From: Octopus bimaculoides
Lineage: Eukaryota
Assembly: GCF_001194135.2 (NCBI RefSeq)
Contig: NC_068985.1
Location: forward strand, 18,437,040 to 18,501,039
Direction of reading: 5' to 3'
DNA length: 64,000 nt
Positions 24,441 to 37,200 of this stretch are shown one piece after another; within the stretch, counting starts at the first letter, position 1; every line of letters begins with the position of its first letter. A program made the position numbers and the translations under genes. The notes beneath the pieces were generated by a model, which did not search any database, was not told where the DNA came from, and saw only the letters and a program-made list of their open reading frames with translations.

Positions 24441-25845
24441 TTAAATAAATTTTTAAAATCTAAACCAACTGGTACGAGAGAAGGTGTGCACGGCTAAACT
24501 TAAGTCATTTCTACTGTGTATCAGTTGCTATTCCAACTTACTACCCTCATAAATAGGTAACCTGCAGTGTGACTTGCAGAGTCCCCATGTTGTCCGTATT
24601 GAAATTGCATATTACTAAACAGCTATAAATTGTCTAAAATGAAATTGGCTATGTTTTTGTGTTGCAAGATTCCTGATATGAACCTGTGTGTTGAAACAGA
24701 TATTGTTGTACTTTGGGATGGTCGTTTTTTTCAGCTTTTACTTGTATCAGTCATTGAACTACAGCCATGCTGGAGCACTGCATTGAGCACTGCTATTACA
24801 CTTTCTGATTGAATTGTCAAGCTTGATCAACTGAGGTGATAGGTGTCATCCAACCGTCTCAATTTTGGTCTAGTCCTTGGTCTCTTGCTGGTTGGCTCAG
24901 CTAGAAGAATCTATCTCATGCTTCTTTCCTATGACATTCAAGTTAGAATTCCAGAGTCCTGAAGTTGTGACCTCTCAATGTGAAATAGCTACCCAACCTG
25001 TTGAGACTCTGATTTTCAAGCTTTGCACTTTGTCAACTAACATTATTCCAGAGATTCTTTGGAGGAACCCCATTTCTGCCGCATTGTATTCACTGTGTAG
25101 AGTGGTTGGTGTTAGGAAGGGCATCCAGCCATAAAAACTATGCCAAAACAGACACAGAAGCATGGTGCTGGCTTCTGCCTGGCCAGCCCCTGTCAAACCG
25201 TCCAACCCATGCCAGCATGGAAGGAAGACATCAAACGGTGATGATCCATTCACAATTATACTGGGGATTAAAACTTGTTCACAGGTCTACTTGCAGTATG
25301 TTAATGCCCATTATCTGACACTTGTCACAGATATTAAGGTTGTTGAGTGTTTAACCCTTTAGCAGCGAGATTACTTTATCAAATGTTATGTTTTGAATTA
25401 ATCATGTATTATCTTGTAGCTTTAAGATTTCGAATGATGTGATTGTTTACTTTTAGAATGACATTGTAGGGTAAGTGTGAGAAGCCAGATCTGGCTGGTT
25501 TGAATTTTCAGTTTAAATGCTAAAGGTTATGGATATTTTTTGTATTTTGTTTCAAAAAGATGATTTAACAAATGAAAAAGAGATTTGTTTTTGAGGAAGT
25601 AAAAATTCTTCAGTTATATTCCTTGTCATGGTGAGATGAACAGAGACATTCATAATCAAATAGGACATTGACATTTGGTATCAATCCTTTATTCTATTGA
25701 AATATGTTGGATTGTCTTTACAGATTAAATAAAGAATGTATGTTGTTTGAAATATTACTTTTACTGTTTGTGAAGATATTTCCCCAAACCAACAGTAGTC
25801 TGTGATTTGAAATATTACTGAAATAATATATATTTCTCTCTGTAG

Positions 25846-25922
25846 ATGAAGTTGGTGCGCTGGTATTTGATATTGGTTCTTATTCCTTTCGTGCTGGATA
25901 TGCTGGAGAAGACAGTCCAAAA
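25846..25922 (+). CDS. ACTL6A: Actin-like protein 6A (BAF53/Arp4) internal coding exon (equivalent of vertebrate exon 2): (D)[25 protein letters not shown]
   Basis: tgtag|ATGAAG...CCAAAA|gtaagt, 77 nt. Translation matches the actin-fold phosphate-1 loop of ACTL6 (human [26 protein letters not shown], from recall). Confidence 0.96.
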
Positions 25923-26831
25923 GTAAGTGGATCTAGTTTTATTAAAGAAAAGAAATAAACTTCCAAACGTCTTTATCTTTTTTTTGTGTATTTGTATTTG
26001 GAGCATTCCTATATTTTTTGTTAGTTTTTCTGTCTTTCTTTCCTAACTCCTTCAACCTGGATCAACCTCAACTACTGCATTTAATCTATTTTCTAACAAT
26101 ATTTTCCTCCTTGTTAATCATGCCTCATCTACATTACAATTCTATCATATTTTACTACCAGCAATTTTTTTGGCTACAGATTTCCTATATTTTCTTGTCT
26201 TTGACTTGGATATCTTCTTCTTTTGTTGCAGCAGTACTTGATCTATTGCCAAAGAAATGTTGCTTTAATTCTCTGTTTACCATACTGACAATTATTATTC
26301 ACAAACTATTCTAATCCATATCACCACCATTATTTTTCCATTCTTGCAATGCTTGTCTGCATGCAGAATACAGCATATTTTCTCATCTTTCAATTCTGCA
26401 CACAGTATTTCATGTAGTTGAAACTAGTGCTTTTATGGGGGAATTCTGTTTCTACTCACTATGATATAATATGAGATCTATTTAAAAATGATGCGATTAT
26501 GAGAAGCCCTTGTCATATTACATTTGATTTACTTATTCAGCTCTGATTAATATCATTCACACGCATTGTCTTTTTAATGTGACAATAAAAATTGATTAAA
26601 TCTGGTAAACGGATACAATTTGTAAAAGGAAGAAATTGTCTTTTAGCAATTATCTTGATCAATTTTTGTATCACCTCTTTTACTAACACTTTTTTCAATT
26701 ACCACCCGCTTCCTACAATTCAGCAAAATGAAATACATGTACACATACATTTTCATCTATGCACTCACACATAACATCTAATACTATTGCACTTGTAACA
26801 TTAGATTTTATATATGTGTGTATATATGAAC

Positions 26832-26871
<40 letters not shown>

Positions 26872-26873
<2 letters not shown>

Positions 26874-28900
26874 CATCATCATTTAGCATTTGCTTTTCAT
26901 GCTGGCATGAGTTAGATGGTTTGACACCATGTCTCACAACTCTTATAGACCCTTCCTTTCATCTTTAATGGGAACCTTTGCCCATATAACAACGCTCCAC
27001 ATTCCCTGAACTTCACCCAGCCAAGTCTCGCTCTTGCTGTCACAGCTGCTTCACATCCACCACTTACATCCACCANNNNNNNNNNTCACTGCTGCTTCAC
27101 ATCCACCACTTACATCCACCATATCTCCCAAACAACTAAACCCTCTCACCGTTTCCACCTCATTAGATAGCATTTCCACTGGTTCCATCAGCCTACCTTC
27201 TCCTTTCTCGCATCTTCCACAAGCCCTCTCGCCAGTCTTGGGGTCAGCTTCTTCGTTTTCGTACACCTACCATGAATCCATTTCTCACATCTCACACACA
27301 ACACCACACTTGCCATTACACTCCTCCCACATACACCACATGGAACCACCTTACTCACTAACACTTCTCCTTCCACTCCGCTCACCATCACTTTTGTCTT
27401 CCCGAGGTTTACCTTCAAACCCTTGCTTTCAAATGCCTCCTTCCATTTCCAAAACTTCTCCCTCAATCCCTCCATCGTCTCACTCATCAGAGTGAGGTTA
27501 TCTGCATACATTATCAATCCCTCTCTTGCACTCTCCATCACCACATCAACCTGATCCAACAGTTTGATGCCTCTGTAATTATTTCTGTCTAAGGCGTCAC
27601 CTTTACCTTTGTAGCAGTTGACTATGGTGCTGCTACACCAGTCATTGGGTATGAGTCCTTCGTGTACAACCTGATTAACTACAGGGGTGACTAGATCGTA
27701 ACCCATTCCACCAGATATTTTAAGCATCTCAGCAGTGATTCCTGATGGGCTGGGGACTTTCCCAGTCTTCATATCCTTCATGGCTTTATCTACCATGCTA
27801 CTGTCTATTTGGATTGCTGGTCCCCCTGTTGGATCCACAGTAGGCAGATTCTCCTTCTCCCATGTGTTCTCTACATTTAGTAGCTTTCATAGTGGAACTT
27901 CCAGTTATCATCTATGTTACAAGTCTCTAACTCCTCTTCTTTCTCATTAAATGCTTCAGTTAGGATGTCTCTAAATCTCTGACTATTCAAAGGACCCTTA
28001 AGCTTCCATATCCTTCTTTTTCAAGCTGGTTTACTTTTGGGGTTCCTTTGTGCCTGTAGCTTGAAGTCACTAATGAATAACCTATGCTGAGGGGTATACT
28101 CTTCACTAGGGAAGGACTTTGCATTTATGAGCAACCATGAAGCCTACTTTCTGTTGAGAATGTAGTCAATATGGTTACCATGGTCACCGGATTTATAGGT
28201 TATCAGGTGACCAGCTGGCTTTCTGAAGTTGGTGTTGTAGATCATTAGGTTATTTGCATCACAGAACTCCAACAGCCTTGTTCCCTCTCCATTTCGGGAA
28301 CTATGGCCTCCATGCACCCCATGGAAGGCACCTGGGTGCTGCCCAACATGTCCATTGAAATCACTAGCCATGAAGATAAGGCCATTACTATTTATCTTTG
28401 AAGTGGCTTGCAAAAGAGTGTCATAAAAGCGGTCCTTTTGTTCATTTGGCAGACCCCCAGGGGTAGGGGCATAAGCAAAGATGATTGTTGCTGTGCTATT
28501 CTGCAAAACTAGTCTAAGCTTAAGTACCCTGTCACATACATTGACTACTTGAATCACCTTATTTACCCATTTCTCTGCTAGAAGTATGCCAGTACCTCCT
28601 ACCCCATCACTGTTGCCCTCCCAGAAGAATTTATACCTAGGCCTTTAGCTTGTGAGGAACTTTGCTGAAACTCCCTCTATCAAACTTCTTGAATGCAACA
28701 CACATCAGCACATCTCCTTTCAAGCATCTCAGTAATTTCACCAGACCTACCTTTCAATGTGCCTACATTGATAGTGCCAACTCTGAGGGAATATATGTGG
28801 AGTCAGGAGGCAACACGGGGCAAGAGAACTGGCTATCAGCATCTGAAAAGAAGGTTGTAATGAGCATTTGCCAGGAAGGGTTACCATGAGAGGTTATGGT
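26872..28900 (-). mobile_element. Internally deleted RTE-clade LINE (APE endonuclease + RT pieces + 3' tail)
   Basis: ORF track: ...DFNGHVG...NGEGTRLLEFCDANNLMIYNTNFRKP...HIDYIL (APE) and KGKGDALDRNNYRGIKLL...MYADNLTL...GLKVNLGKTKVM (RT). Ends in a (GAT)n tail. Confidence 0.92.
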
Positions 28901-29651
28901 ACAGAAAAGAGATTTCCAGTATAGGTAGTGGGGGTGGGAAAGGGTGGGTGCATCATGGAAAGTATTAACTAAGAGGTGGGAGAAAGATAGGGAGCAACCA
29001 TGAAATTTAAATTAAGTTGAATTTAAATAGCATTACCACAGAGTTGAAAGGATATATTAACATCTTAATGCTACAAGTGCAGTGGCTTATATATGGAAAT
29101 GCCCACAAATTTTAAGTGTCTCTTAAATCATACATTTTTTTATTGTTTATAATTTACATGCACATATGGTGTATATTCAGTTTTGTTTATTTATCTACAT
29201 TCTGAAGTTTATTATTGTTGTTGATGATGTTATTGTGATTGAGACTAAGAAGCATTTTATTATAATATTACATAAATTACTTTAACATTTAAGTAGGAGG
29301 CAAAGATAGAAAAAAAACTGTACATGCATCCTGCTGGGTGGTTGGTGTCAGGAAGGGCATCCAACTGTAAAAATCATGCCAAAACAGACGCAGAAGTCTG
29401 GTGCAGGCTCCTGCGTAGCCAGCTCCTGTCAAACCATCCAACCCATGCCAGCTTGGACAGCAGACATTAAACAATGATGAGGAGGAGGAGGATGACATCT
29501 TGTTCTCAGTACTAATGTAAAATTTTCTGGCCCCACTCTAGGGAGGTATTGCCCACGTTAAGAAGCACTAGTTATCATATAAAAGTGTTTGAACTGTCCT
29601 GAGTTCTGTTTGAAAACCTGACTTTGATTGTTCTTCAAGTATACACTAATA

Positions 29652-30060
29652 TTGGGATGGCAACTAAGATCCCGCTGTTTTTTTTAATTTCAAATTTTTT
29701 AGAAGGTTTAATAAAAAATAACAACTAATTAATCAATAATGTATTTACCCTTGTTGTTGACAACTTCTTCCCAACGTTCAACAAGATTTTCAAAACCTCT
29801 TTGGTAGAAATCACCTGATTTTGACTCAAAAAATTGATCCAACCAAGCTCTCAATTCTGCATCAATATTGAATGAAACTCCGCGCATAGCATTTGAAAGA
29901 GATCGAAAGAGGTGGAAATCCGTTGGTGCCAAATCAGGAGAGTACGGTGGGTGTGGCAGCACTTCTCAGCCATGCATTTGAGTGGCTTCCTTGGTCATAT
30001 TGGCGATATGAGGGCAGGCGTTGTTGTGCAGCAGAAGAACACCATGCTGCTGATTAGGTC
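29652..30060 (-). mobile_element. mariner transposon 3' fragment
   Basis: LPHPPYSPDLAPTDFHLFRSL...ENLVERWEEVVNNKGKYI; terminal TA|TTGGGATGGCAACTAA TIR-like end. Confidence 0.9.
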
Positions 30061-30836
30061 TTTTCTCTTGAATAGTCATGATTAGAAAATACTTCAGTTT
30101 TTAATTGTTGGAAACCTACTGAATACCAGTGCAATCCTCAGAGTGTTGCTTACACATAGTATATCTGGATCAGTGTTTGTGTCTTGCATACACAGAAACA
30201 TACTACATAGCATCCAAAATAAACCTATTCAATTCATAGATAAGCTTTCATTCTACAGTCTATAGCAACAACCAGACCAATGATGTGCTGTATCCACTCC
30301 CTGTTTCTTCTACTGTTACACAACAGTTCCTGTTCTCTTGAACTTGCAAACTCTTTTCTGATGTGTCCACCTTTTCTCTAATCTTTCCTACTTTGTCTCA
30401 AACATATTTCCTCCCAACTTCTGTAACTTCTCTGGTCACCAATGAAAGCCAGAAAGTCGGTTATTTCCCAAGACAGCGAATAATGTGAGAAAAAGATTGA
30501 AAGTTAAATATTTGAAAAATTTACTCTGTTGCAATGAAATAGTAATTTTCCTTTTTTTTTTTTCCTCCTTCCACTTGGGTGAATAAACTTTGTAAATATT
30601 ATGTGGAAAGGTATTTCATTGAGTGAAATGATGTGTAAATTGTTCACTGATCATCATTATGCAGATGCTCAAAGGGGCTTTTAAATATACGATGACACAT
30701 TGACCATTTTTGTGGACACACAACTGTGTTATTAATGAGCATTGTAGTTTGCTTGAAGCATTGTAGTACAGAAGTAGAATGAAGAATGAAATGAGAGATA
30801 AAGAAAACGTCTAACAATGCAGAAAGTTTAAGAAAT

Positions 30837-31008
30837 TTTTATATTTCAGGTGCAAAAGCTTATCTTCAGAAGACAATCCTGCCATTTGATAGATGGCAGG
30901 ATTATCATAGATCCTGCTGTTTTGGATAGTCTGGTGTAAACTATCCAAAACGGCAGGATCTTTGACTGTATTCTTCTGAAGATGGGCCTTTGCACCTGAA
31001 ATATAAAA
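30837..31008. repeat. Y-shaped nested palindrome (37-bp outer stem + two hairpins)
   Basis: Outer arms 30837-30873/30972-31008; hairpins 30875-30903 and 30910-30960. Confidence 0.85.
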
Positions 31009-31168
31009 TAATTTTTTTTAACTTTCAGCATTGTTAGATGCTTTCCATATTTCTCATTTAATCAGTATTCTACTTGTGTAAGTGATTTTTTGATATTTTT
31101 GTTGAATATGTTTGTTTTAAATTTATTATCTGAAATTTTAGGGAAAATCTTATTTACTTATTTTCTAG

Positions 31169-31334
31169 GCTGAACTCCCAAGTGTTGTTGGGATTGTGGA
31201 TGAAGAGGTTCCATTTACAGAAAATGAAGCTGAGAGTTTGCCAAAGAATGAAAGAAAGTACTATATTGATACTAACTATTTGAAGGTGCCAAGAAAAGGA
31301 ATGGAAATATCTACATTCCTGAAAGATGGCATGA
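31169..31334 (+). CDS. ACTL6A: ACTL6A exon: AELPSVVGIV...KYYIDTNYLKVPRKGMEISTFLKDGM
   Basis: ttctag|GCT...ATGA|gtaagt, 166 nt, phase 0 to 1. YYIDTN..VPR..ME...LK.GM motif of ACTL6. Confidence 0.95.
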
Positions 31335-32923
31335 GTAAGTCGTAACTTCTTTTTTTGAAACAAAACAACAAAATATGTTAAGAATTTTTTTCCTGACACA
31401 CCTTTGTGGTTCCTCTGCCATTTCATTGATGTTTTCTTGAAAGATCTAGAGCACCATTAGAGAATATTCCTTGAAAAAGACATTGCTATGATGAGTATTG
31501 TTAACATACAGACAAGTTTGCCACAACTGGTTGGATACTCAGAATGTAAAAGAACTAGAACAAATATCACAAATCATTTTGTTGAACGTTCTAATAATTC
31601 TGTCAGTTCACCATCTTGGTCTGGAACCTAATCTTATCAACATCGGGAGGTTCAAAAAGATGAAGTTGACCATGGTGAGATTTGAACTCAGAATGTAAAG
31701 AACCAGAACAAGGCATTTTATCTCCATACTCTGACAATTCTATCAATACATTGTCATAGATATTTTACTAGGCTGTTTATCATATCATCATTATTAGATC
31801 ATTCAGAGACTCAGAGCATTCTCAATGGAATTGAGCTCATCATGTCATTGTTCAAAATTTTTCTGAAAATACAGATGAGGCACAGACATGGCTGTGTGAT
31901 TATAAGTTCACAACCATGTGGTTCTTGTTTTGACCTCACTGCATGGCACCTTGGACAATACCACCTACTATAGATTAATGCTTTGTGAGTTGATTTTGGT
32001 AGAAGAAACTTTGCACAGAAGCCCATCATGTGTGTGTGTGTCATCATCATTATCATTTTAATGTCCACTTTTCCATGCTTGCATGGGTCAGATGGAATTT
32101 GCTGAGACAGATTTTCTTTGGCTAGATACCCTTTCTGCCACTAATCTTTACTTGTTTCCAAGCATGGTAATGTTTCCCCTTGGCCAGACATGTTTTTCAC
32201 AGAAGACTGGAAATGGACAACATATTTATGTAATAGTGACCCTTGTTTACTACCATCCTGTGATGTTGGTCAATACAGTGGTACACACACATGCATACAT
32301 AGACACTCAGGCACATACACATGCACAAAATGGGCTGAAATAAGTACTGGTGTTGAGATGATCAACTAAATCTTTGAAGGCAGTGCTCTAAGAGTATGAG
32401 TCATTTTGGCACAGCTGTTTTGGCATCACTTACTTGGCATTGCTGATTCGACACTGACTTATATGACATCACGCATTTTAATGTATCTTTCATCCTCTCA
32501 CCCTCCTGCATTCTCTGTGTTTATGTATGCGAAAATGGTTATATCAATAATTTCAATTAATAAATTGTAATGTCTGTCTGTCAGTCTCTCTCTTATTGCC
32601 CTCTTCTTATCTGTATGTACATATTCTTGTGTGTGTTTGTGTCCTCTCCTCCAACTCCAAAAAGTACAATCACTAAAATGGGATCAGTACCAATCCAGTC
32701 AAAAATCATCAGTGTCCAAACATCTGTGCCCAGTTGTCTCATTCTGGTGCCCCAGCATAGCTGCAGTTCATTGGCTGAAACCAATAAAAGAATAAATACA
32801 CCTTTTTATCTCCACTACTTCTTTTTTCCCCTTTTGTTAATGTCTTTATTCCACTCCAAGTTTTGCTGTATTTTTCATACATTTACTTAATATTAGCTTA
32901 TTTAAAAGTGCAACTCAAATTCT

Positions 32924-33290
32924 GAAGTAGTTGTATGGTGTATTATTACGTGTCATCTGCACAGGAGCCAGTCCATCGGCACTGTCCCCTGAAGGGAATA
33001 ATACTACTGTTGATTAGACCTATAGGAAGCTGCACCACTTCCTATCGGCCTTGACACATTTCCTGTGTCCTTATGTTTACAAGGGGGGAGACAAGCGCCT
33101 CCTTGTAAACATAAGGACAGAGGAAATGTGTCAAGGCCGACAGGAAGCGGTGCAGCTTCCTATAGGTCTAATCAACAGTAGTATTATTCCCTTCAGGGGA
33201 CTGTCACATTAAGTTGACAGCATACAACTACTTCATCGTATCACTACTGCATAAATCTCTCTGAGAGATTTAGAAATGTATTATTTTTAA
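32924..33290. mobile_element. Fold-back element, same family as 5003-5246, reversed
   Basis: Near-perfect hairpin 32984-33201; subterminal repeats gaagtagttgtatg/catacaactacttc; one-sided terminal hairpin 33252-33272. Confidence 0.7.
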
Positions 33291-33329
33291 ACTCAAATTT
33301 TATTTTAATGTTTTCTCTCTTTTAATCAG

Positions 33330-33430
33330 TTGAAAACTGGGAAACCTATGAGAAGATGGTTGATTATGTGTATTCTCGTCACATTAAATCTGAACCTCAT
33401 CTTCATCCTGTCATGATGTCAGAGCCTGCT
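33330..33430 (+). CDS. ACTL6A: ACTL6A exon: (I)ENWETYEKMVDYVYSRHIKSEPHLHPVMMSEPA
   Basis: aatcag|TTGAAAAC...CCTGCT|gtaagt, 101 nt. HPVxMSE motif, phase-compatible with neighbouring exons. Confidence 0.95.
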
Positions 33431-33944
33431 GTAAGTTTTTAAAATTTCAATCTGTTTAATTAATGGATAAACATAAATAAATCGTAATATATTCGTTTAA
33501 GATCATATTTAACACGTTCGAATGTATTCAGACATAATAAAACTTTTAGCTGTGGAGATAGTCTCAGAAGAAAATTCTCCACTTAGGCATATGTTGAATT
33601 ACATTTGTTTTGAGTAACATTTCTGTGTTGTTTTGCTTCATCAGCTATGAAAACCAAATCAGTCGCTCACAATCCATTTAGAAAACAGTTATTCTTGTTA
33701 AATCAGCATATGGAACTTTTGCTGATGTGCAAAACGCTGTTTCAAGCTAGAATTAAATAATGTTGCATGAAGCAGCATTGAATAAAATATATTTAGCACT
33801 GCTTCATGCAACATCATTTAATAAATGATAATGATAAATTCTAATTTTAATTCAGATAACTTCTAATGTGATGTTACTAAAAAGTCATGTGATATTTTTT
33901 GTTCTTTTTTCTGTTAAACAAATAAAAGGAAGTTAATTCATTTA

Positions 33945-34940
33945 CAAGGTGTGGTGAGTAAACTGTTGTTTAAATTATGCAAAAATGAAAATAACACTGA
34001 CATCTCATTTTAACAGATATATTTACCAGAATTACATAAAAATATCTCGAAATACTAAAGAGTAAATTTATTCAATAGAATTGCCATTGACTTCAACCAC
34101 AGCCTCCAGATTACTTTGGAATCTCCTGCAACTCTTCTGGATGGTCTCCTTGTTTGAGTTGGTGAATGCTGTCATAATCCTTGCCTTCAGTTCATCTTTG
34201 GTGTTACAAGTTGTGTTGTTGGTCTCTTGCTCAACTGTGCCCCACACATAATAAATAATCAAGGGGGTTGCAGTGTGGGGAGTTAGGTGGCCAGATGTTA
34301 GGGATGATGTGGTCACAAAAATTGCCATGACTGGATTCTCCTGCTTGTGTGACATGGTGCAGAATCCTGTTGCTAGACATAGGGTCTTCCAGCAGCCACC
34401 CGCTTGACCCAGGGCAGCACTACCTCCTCCAGGCACTTGGTGTAGGCCTCTGTATTCAGTGTGAGGCTGTGTGGGAAGATGAATGGAAGCATAACATTGC
34501 CATCACTAGTGATCACTCCAAACACCATGATGTTGACTGGATGTTTGATTTCTATCACTCTCGGTGCATGTCCTCAGATTGCACTGTCCTCAGATTGACA
34601 CCCAAATACTCTGAAATGTTTATATTTGAGCTTCCAGTGCAAATGCCAAGCTCTACAGCATGTTGTTTCCAAATTTGTGGCAGAGTGAATTATGTCATGG
34701 TGCTGTTTTTTCACAGACAGTGCCCAACTGACCCTACTATACTGTGTAGCCAACAAAATCAAAAACAAACAATGCAAATGCGTGAAATTAAAAATATAAA
34801 ATGGGGTCAATTTACTCAATTTACTGTATGTGTTGTGCACAATATGGAGGATGTACCATATTTGGTAGCATTTGGTATGCACATTTTTCTCCACTACCAA
34901 GTCTCAAAAAAATTGCCCTGGATTTTATATACAAAGTTGG
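33945..34940 (-). mobile_element. Tc1/mariner superfamily transposon remnant, maT/DD37D-like
   Basis: KHPVNIMVFGVITSDG..MLPFIFP...YTKCLEEVVLPW...GRPYV; QQDSAPCH context; YYVWG...NTKDELKARI...CRRFQSNLEAVVEVNG; TA|CAAGGTG end. DD spacing not countable because of deletions. Confidence 0.8.
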
Positions 34941-35107
34941 ACCTATAACACATTCTGTAATGTTCTAAAACTTTCTTTTCTGAATATGTACTACTGTAAT
35001 TGGGGTACATCTAATATACCCCTGCATCTTTTATGTCATCAAATTCTGTACAGCTCTGATTCTAATTTACTTGTTTATATCTAGGTTTGTTTTCTTTTAT
35101 TTTCCAG

Positions 35108-35205
35108 TGGAACACAAAAGCTAAACGAGAAACATTAACTGAAGTCATGTTTGAGAAATATAATGTTCCAGCATTCTTCCTCTGTAAAAATGCTGTTCTT
35201 TCTGC
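35108..35205 (+). CDS. ACTL6A: ACTL6A exon: [32 protein letters not shown](A)
   Basis: ttccag|TGGAAC...TCTGC|gtatcctttt, 98 nt. Classic actin-family E.MFE..N.PA motif. Confidence 0.96.
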
Positions 35206-35248
35206 GTATCCTTTTAATGTTATTTTAACTTTTTAGATAATTATTTAA

Positions 35249-35471
35249 CCCTTTCGATACTAACCCAGCTGAAACTGCCTCTGGCTCTGTAGTACAAATG
35301 TCTTGTTTTCATAAGTTTTGAATTAAAATCCTTCCACCAAACCTTAGTCACAATTTATGTTCCTAATACTAGCTTAATGATAACGAAGTTATTTTACTAA
35401 ATTCTTTGTTATATTTAAAATTAATTGAAAGAAACACAAAGCATCTCAAAATAAATATGGTAACAAAAGGG
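35249..35471 (+). mobile_element. piggyBac-type MITE family G, intact
   Basis: TTAA|CCCTTTCGATAC ... TAACAAAAGGG|TTAA, with TTAA duplicated on both sides. Confidence 0.85.
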
Positions 35472-35601
35472 TTAAAGTATGAACAAATGTGTTACATTTA
35501 GAATCAATGTCCTTGATACAAGGTCACACCTATTTTCCCTAGGTGCTGAAGACCTTTTAAGCAATCCTTGCTGTTCCTACTAGAACAGATTTCTATTATT
35601 A

Positions 35602-35847
35602 CCTCTTTAGCATTTAAACCAGCCATATCTGGCCAAAGTATTTTATGTTCAGATCAGCCATATCTGGCCAAAGTATTTTATGTTCAGACCAGCCAGATCT
35701 GACCTCTCACACCTACTACGCAATGTCATTCTAAAAATAAATAATCACATTAACAAAATTTCTAAGTTATGAGATAGTGTAGATTTATTCAAAACAATGT
35801 GAATAAATAAGCTATACATTTGACTGAGTAATCTGAATACTAAAGGG
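35602..35847 (-). mobile_element. piggyBac-type MITE family F with internal 35-bp tandem duplication
   Basis: Reverse of family F; agccatatctggccaaagtattttatgttcaga occurs twice. Confidence 0.75.
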
Positions 35848-35970
35848 TCAACGCAATTCCTAGTGTGCCTATAACTACTGAGATTACTTTTGCAGAAACC
35901 AGAAAGTCTTCAGCTTTCCCATGCAAAGTATTGGTATTTCCCTATTTTTATTAGATTATTATAGCTTTGT

Positions 35971-36308
35971 GAAGGCACATGGCTCAGTGGTTAGAGCATC
36001 GAGCTTACGATCACAAGGCTGTGAGTTCGAATCCCGGACCGGGCTGCATGTTGTGTTCTTGAGCAAGACACTTTATTTCACGTTGCTCCAGTTCACTCAG
36101 CTGTAGAAATGAGTTGCGATTTCACAGGTGCCAAGCTGTGTCGGCCCCTTTGCCTTTCCCTTGGATAACACTGGTGGCATGGAGAGGGGAGACCAGTATA
36201 CATGAGCGACTGCTAGTCTTCTATAAACAACCTTGCCCAGACTTGTGCCTGGGAGGGTATCTTTCTAGGTGCAATTCCATGGTCAGTCATGACCGAAGGG
36301 GGTCTCAG
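35971..36308 (+). mobile_element. tRNA-derived SINE family D, full length
   Basis: A box TGGCTCAGTGGTT, B box GTTCGAATCC, core gtgttcttgagcaagacactttatttcacgttgctccag. Confidence 0.85.
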
Positions 36309-37074
36309 CATTATAACTTTAAATATCAAAGCAGATATATGTTGATATAAAACATGTTTGTGTAAAAGAAAACAAAATCTGTGATAATTTACCTATTTAT
36401 GTATATTAACCTTTCAGCATTCTTATTACTTTGTCAAATGTAATAATTATTTATTCACATTTTATAAAGTTAATCCTGTATTATCTCATAACTTTGAGAT
36501 TTCGAAGATGTGACTGCTTATTTTTAGAATGACACTTTGCAGGGTAGGTGTCAGAGACTGGATCTGGTCAGTTTGAACATAAAACAGGTAGAATATTTGG
36601 GCCAAATATAGTTTGAGTGCTAAAGGGTCAAGAGATTCTGTGTTGCAACTCATCTCCATAACAGCGATTAACTTTCCTCTTAAAAGAGTTCACAGTTTTC
36701 TCTGTGCACTCTGTCATCAATTCTGAAATATCTTATGTCTGTAAATTCTAATATTTGGTGGTAAATGTTGAAACAAAGTTTTAACAGCTATATTTCAAGA
36801 TAAGTAGCTTAAAAGAATATGAAAAAGACTTTATAGCGGCAGGCGTCTTATCTTGTAAGTTGCTTGGTGACCTCATTAATGCCATTGCCATGTAAAATGT
36901 ACCCAGCACACTCTGTAAAGTGACTGGTTTTAGGAGAGGCTTGCAGCCATAGAAACAAACATTGGAGCTTGGCACAGTCCTTTGGCTCATTGGCTTCTGT
37001 CAAACTTTTTTAACCCATGCTAGCATGAAAAATGGACATTAGATGATGATGGTGAGAAAAGTTAGTCCACATTA

Positions 37075-37200
37075 CTCCATAAGAAGCATAGTTGTGACAA
37101 TTTCATATCAGTGGATATGGTCTTGGGCTACCTCCTTGATTTCAGACCAAGGGAGAATGATTGCTTTTTCTTCATCCTCCATGTGAGCAACGCTGAACAA
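37075..37200 (-). mobile_element. RTE LINE 3'-terminal fragment
   Basis: Minus strand ..LPWSEIKEVAQDHIH*YEIV resembles the W.E...AQDR..W..V C-terminus of RTE ORFs. Confidence 0.5.

Noticed and set aside
27040-27125. Direct repeat of gctgcttcacatccaccacttacatccacca around 10 Ns
   Set aside because: Typical unmerged contig overlap, i.e. an assembly artefact.
25846-31281. Alternative-frame ORF starting at the ATG at the exon edge (63 aa, [17 protein letters not shown]..., signal-peptide-like)
   Set aside because: The ATG is a by-product of the conserved D-E-V codons (G|AT GAA GTT), and hydrophobicity is expected in the shifted frame of T-rich codons; no independent support.
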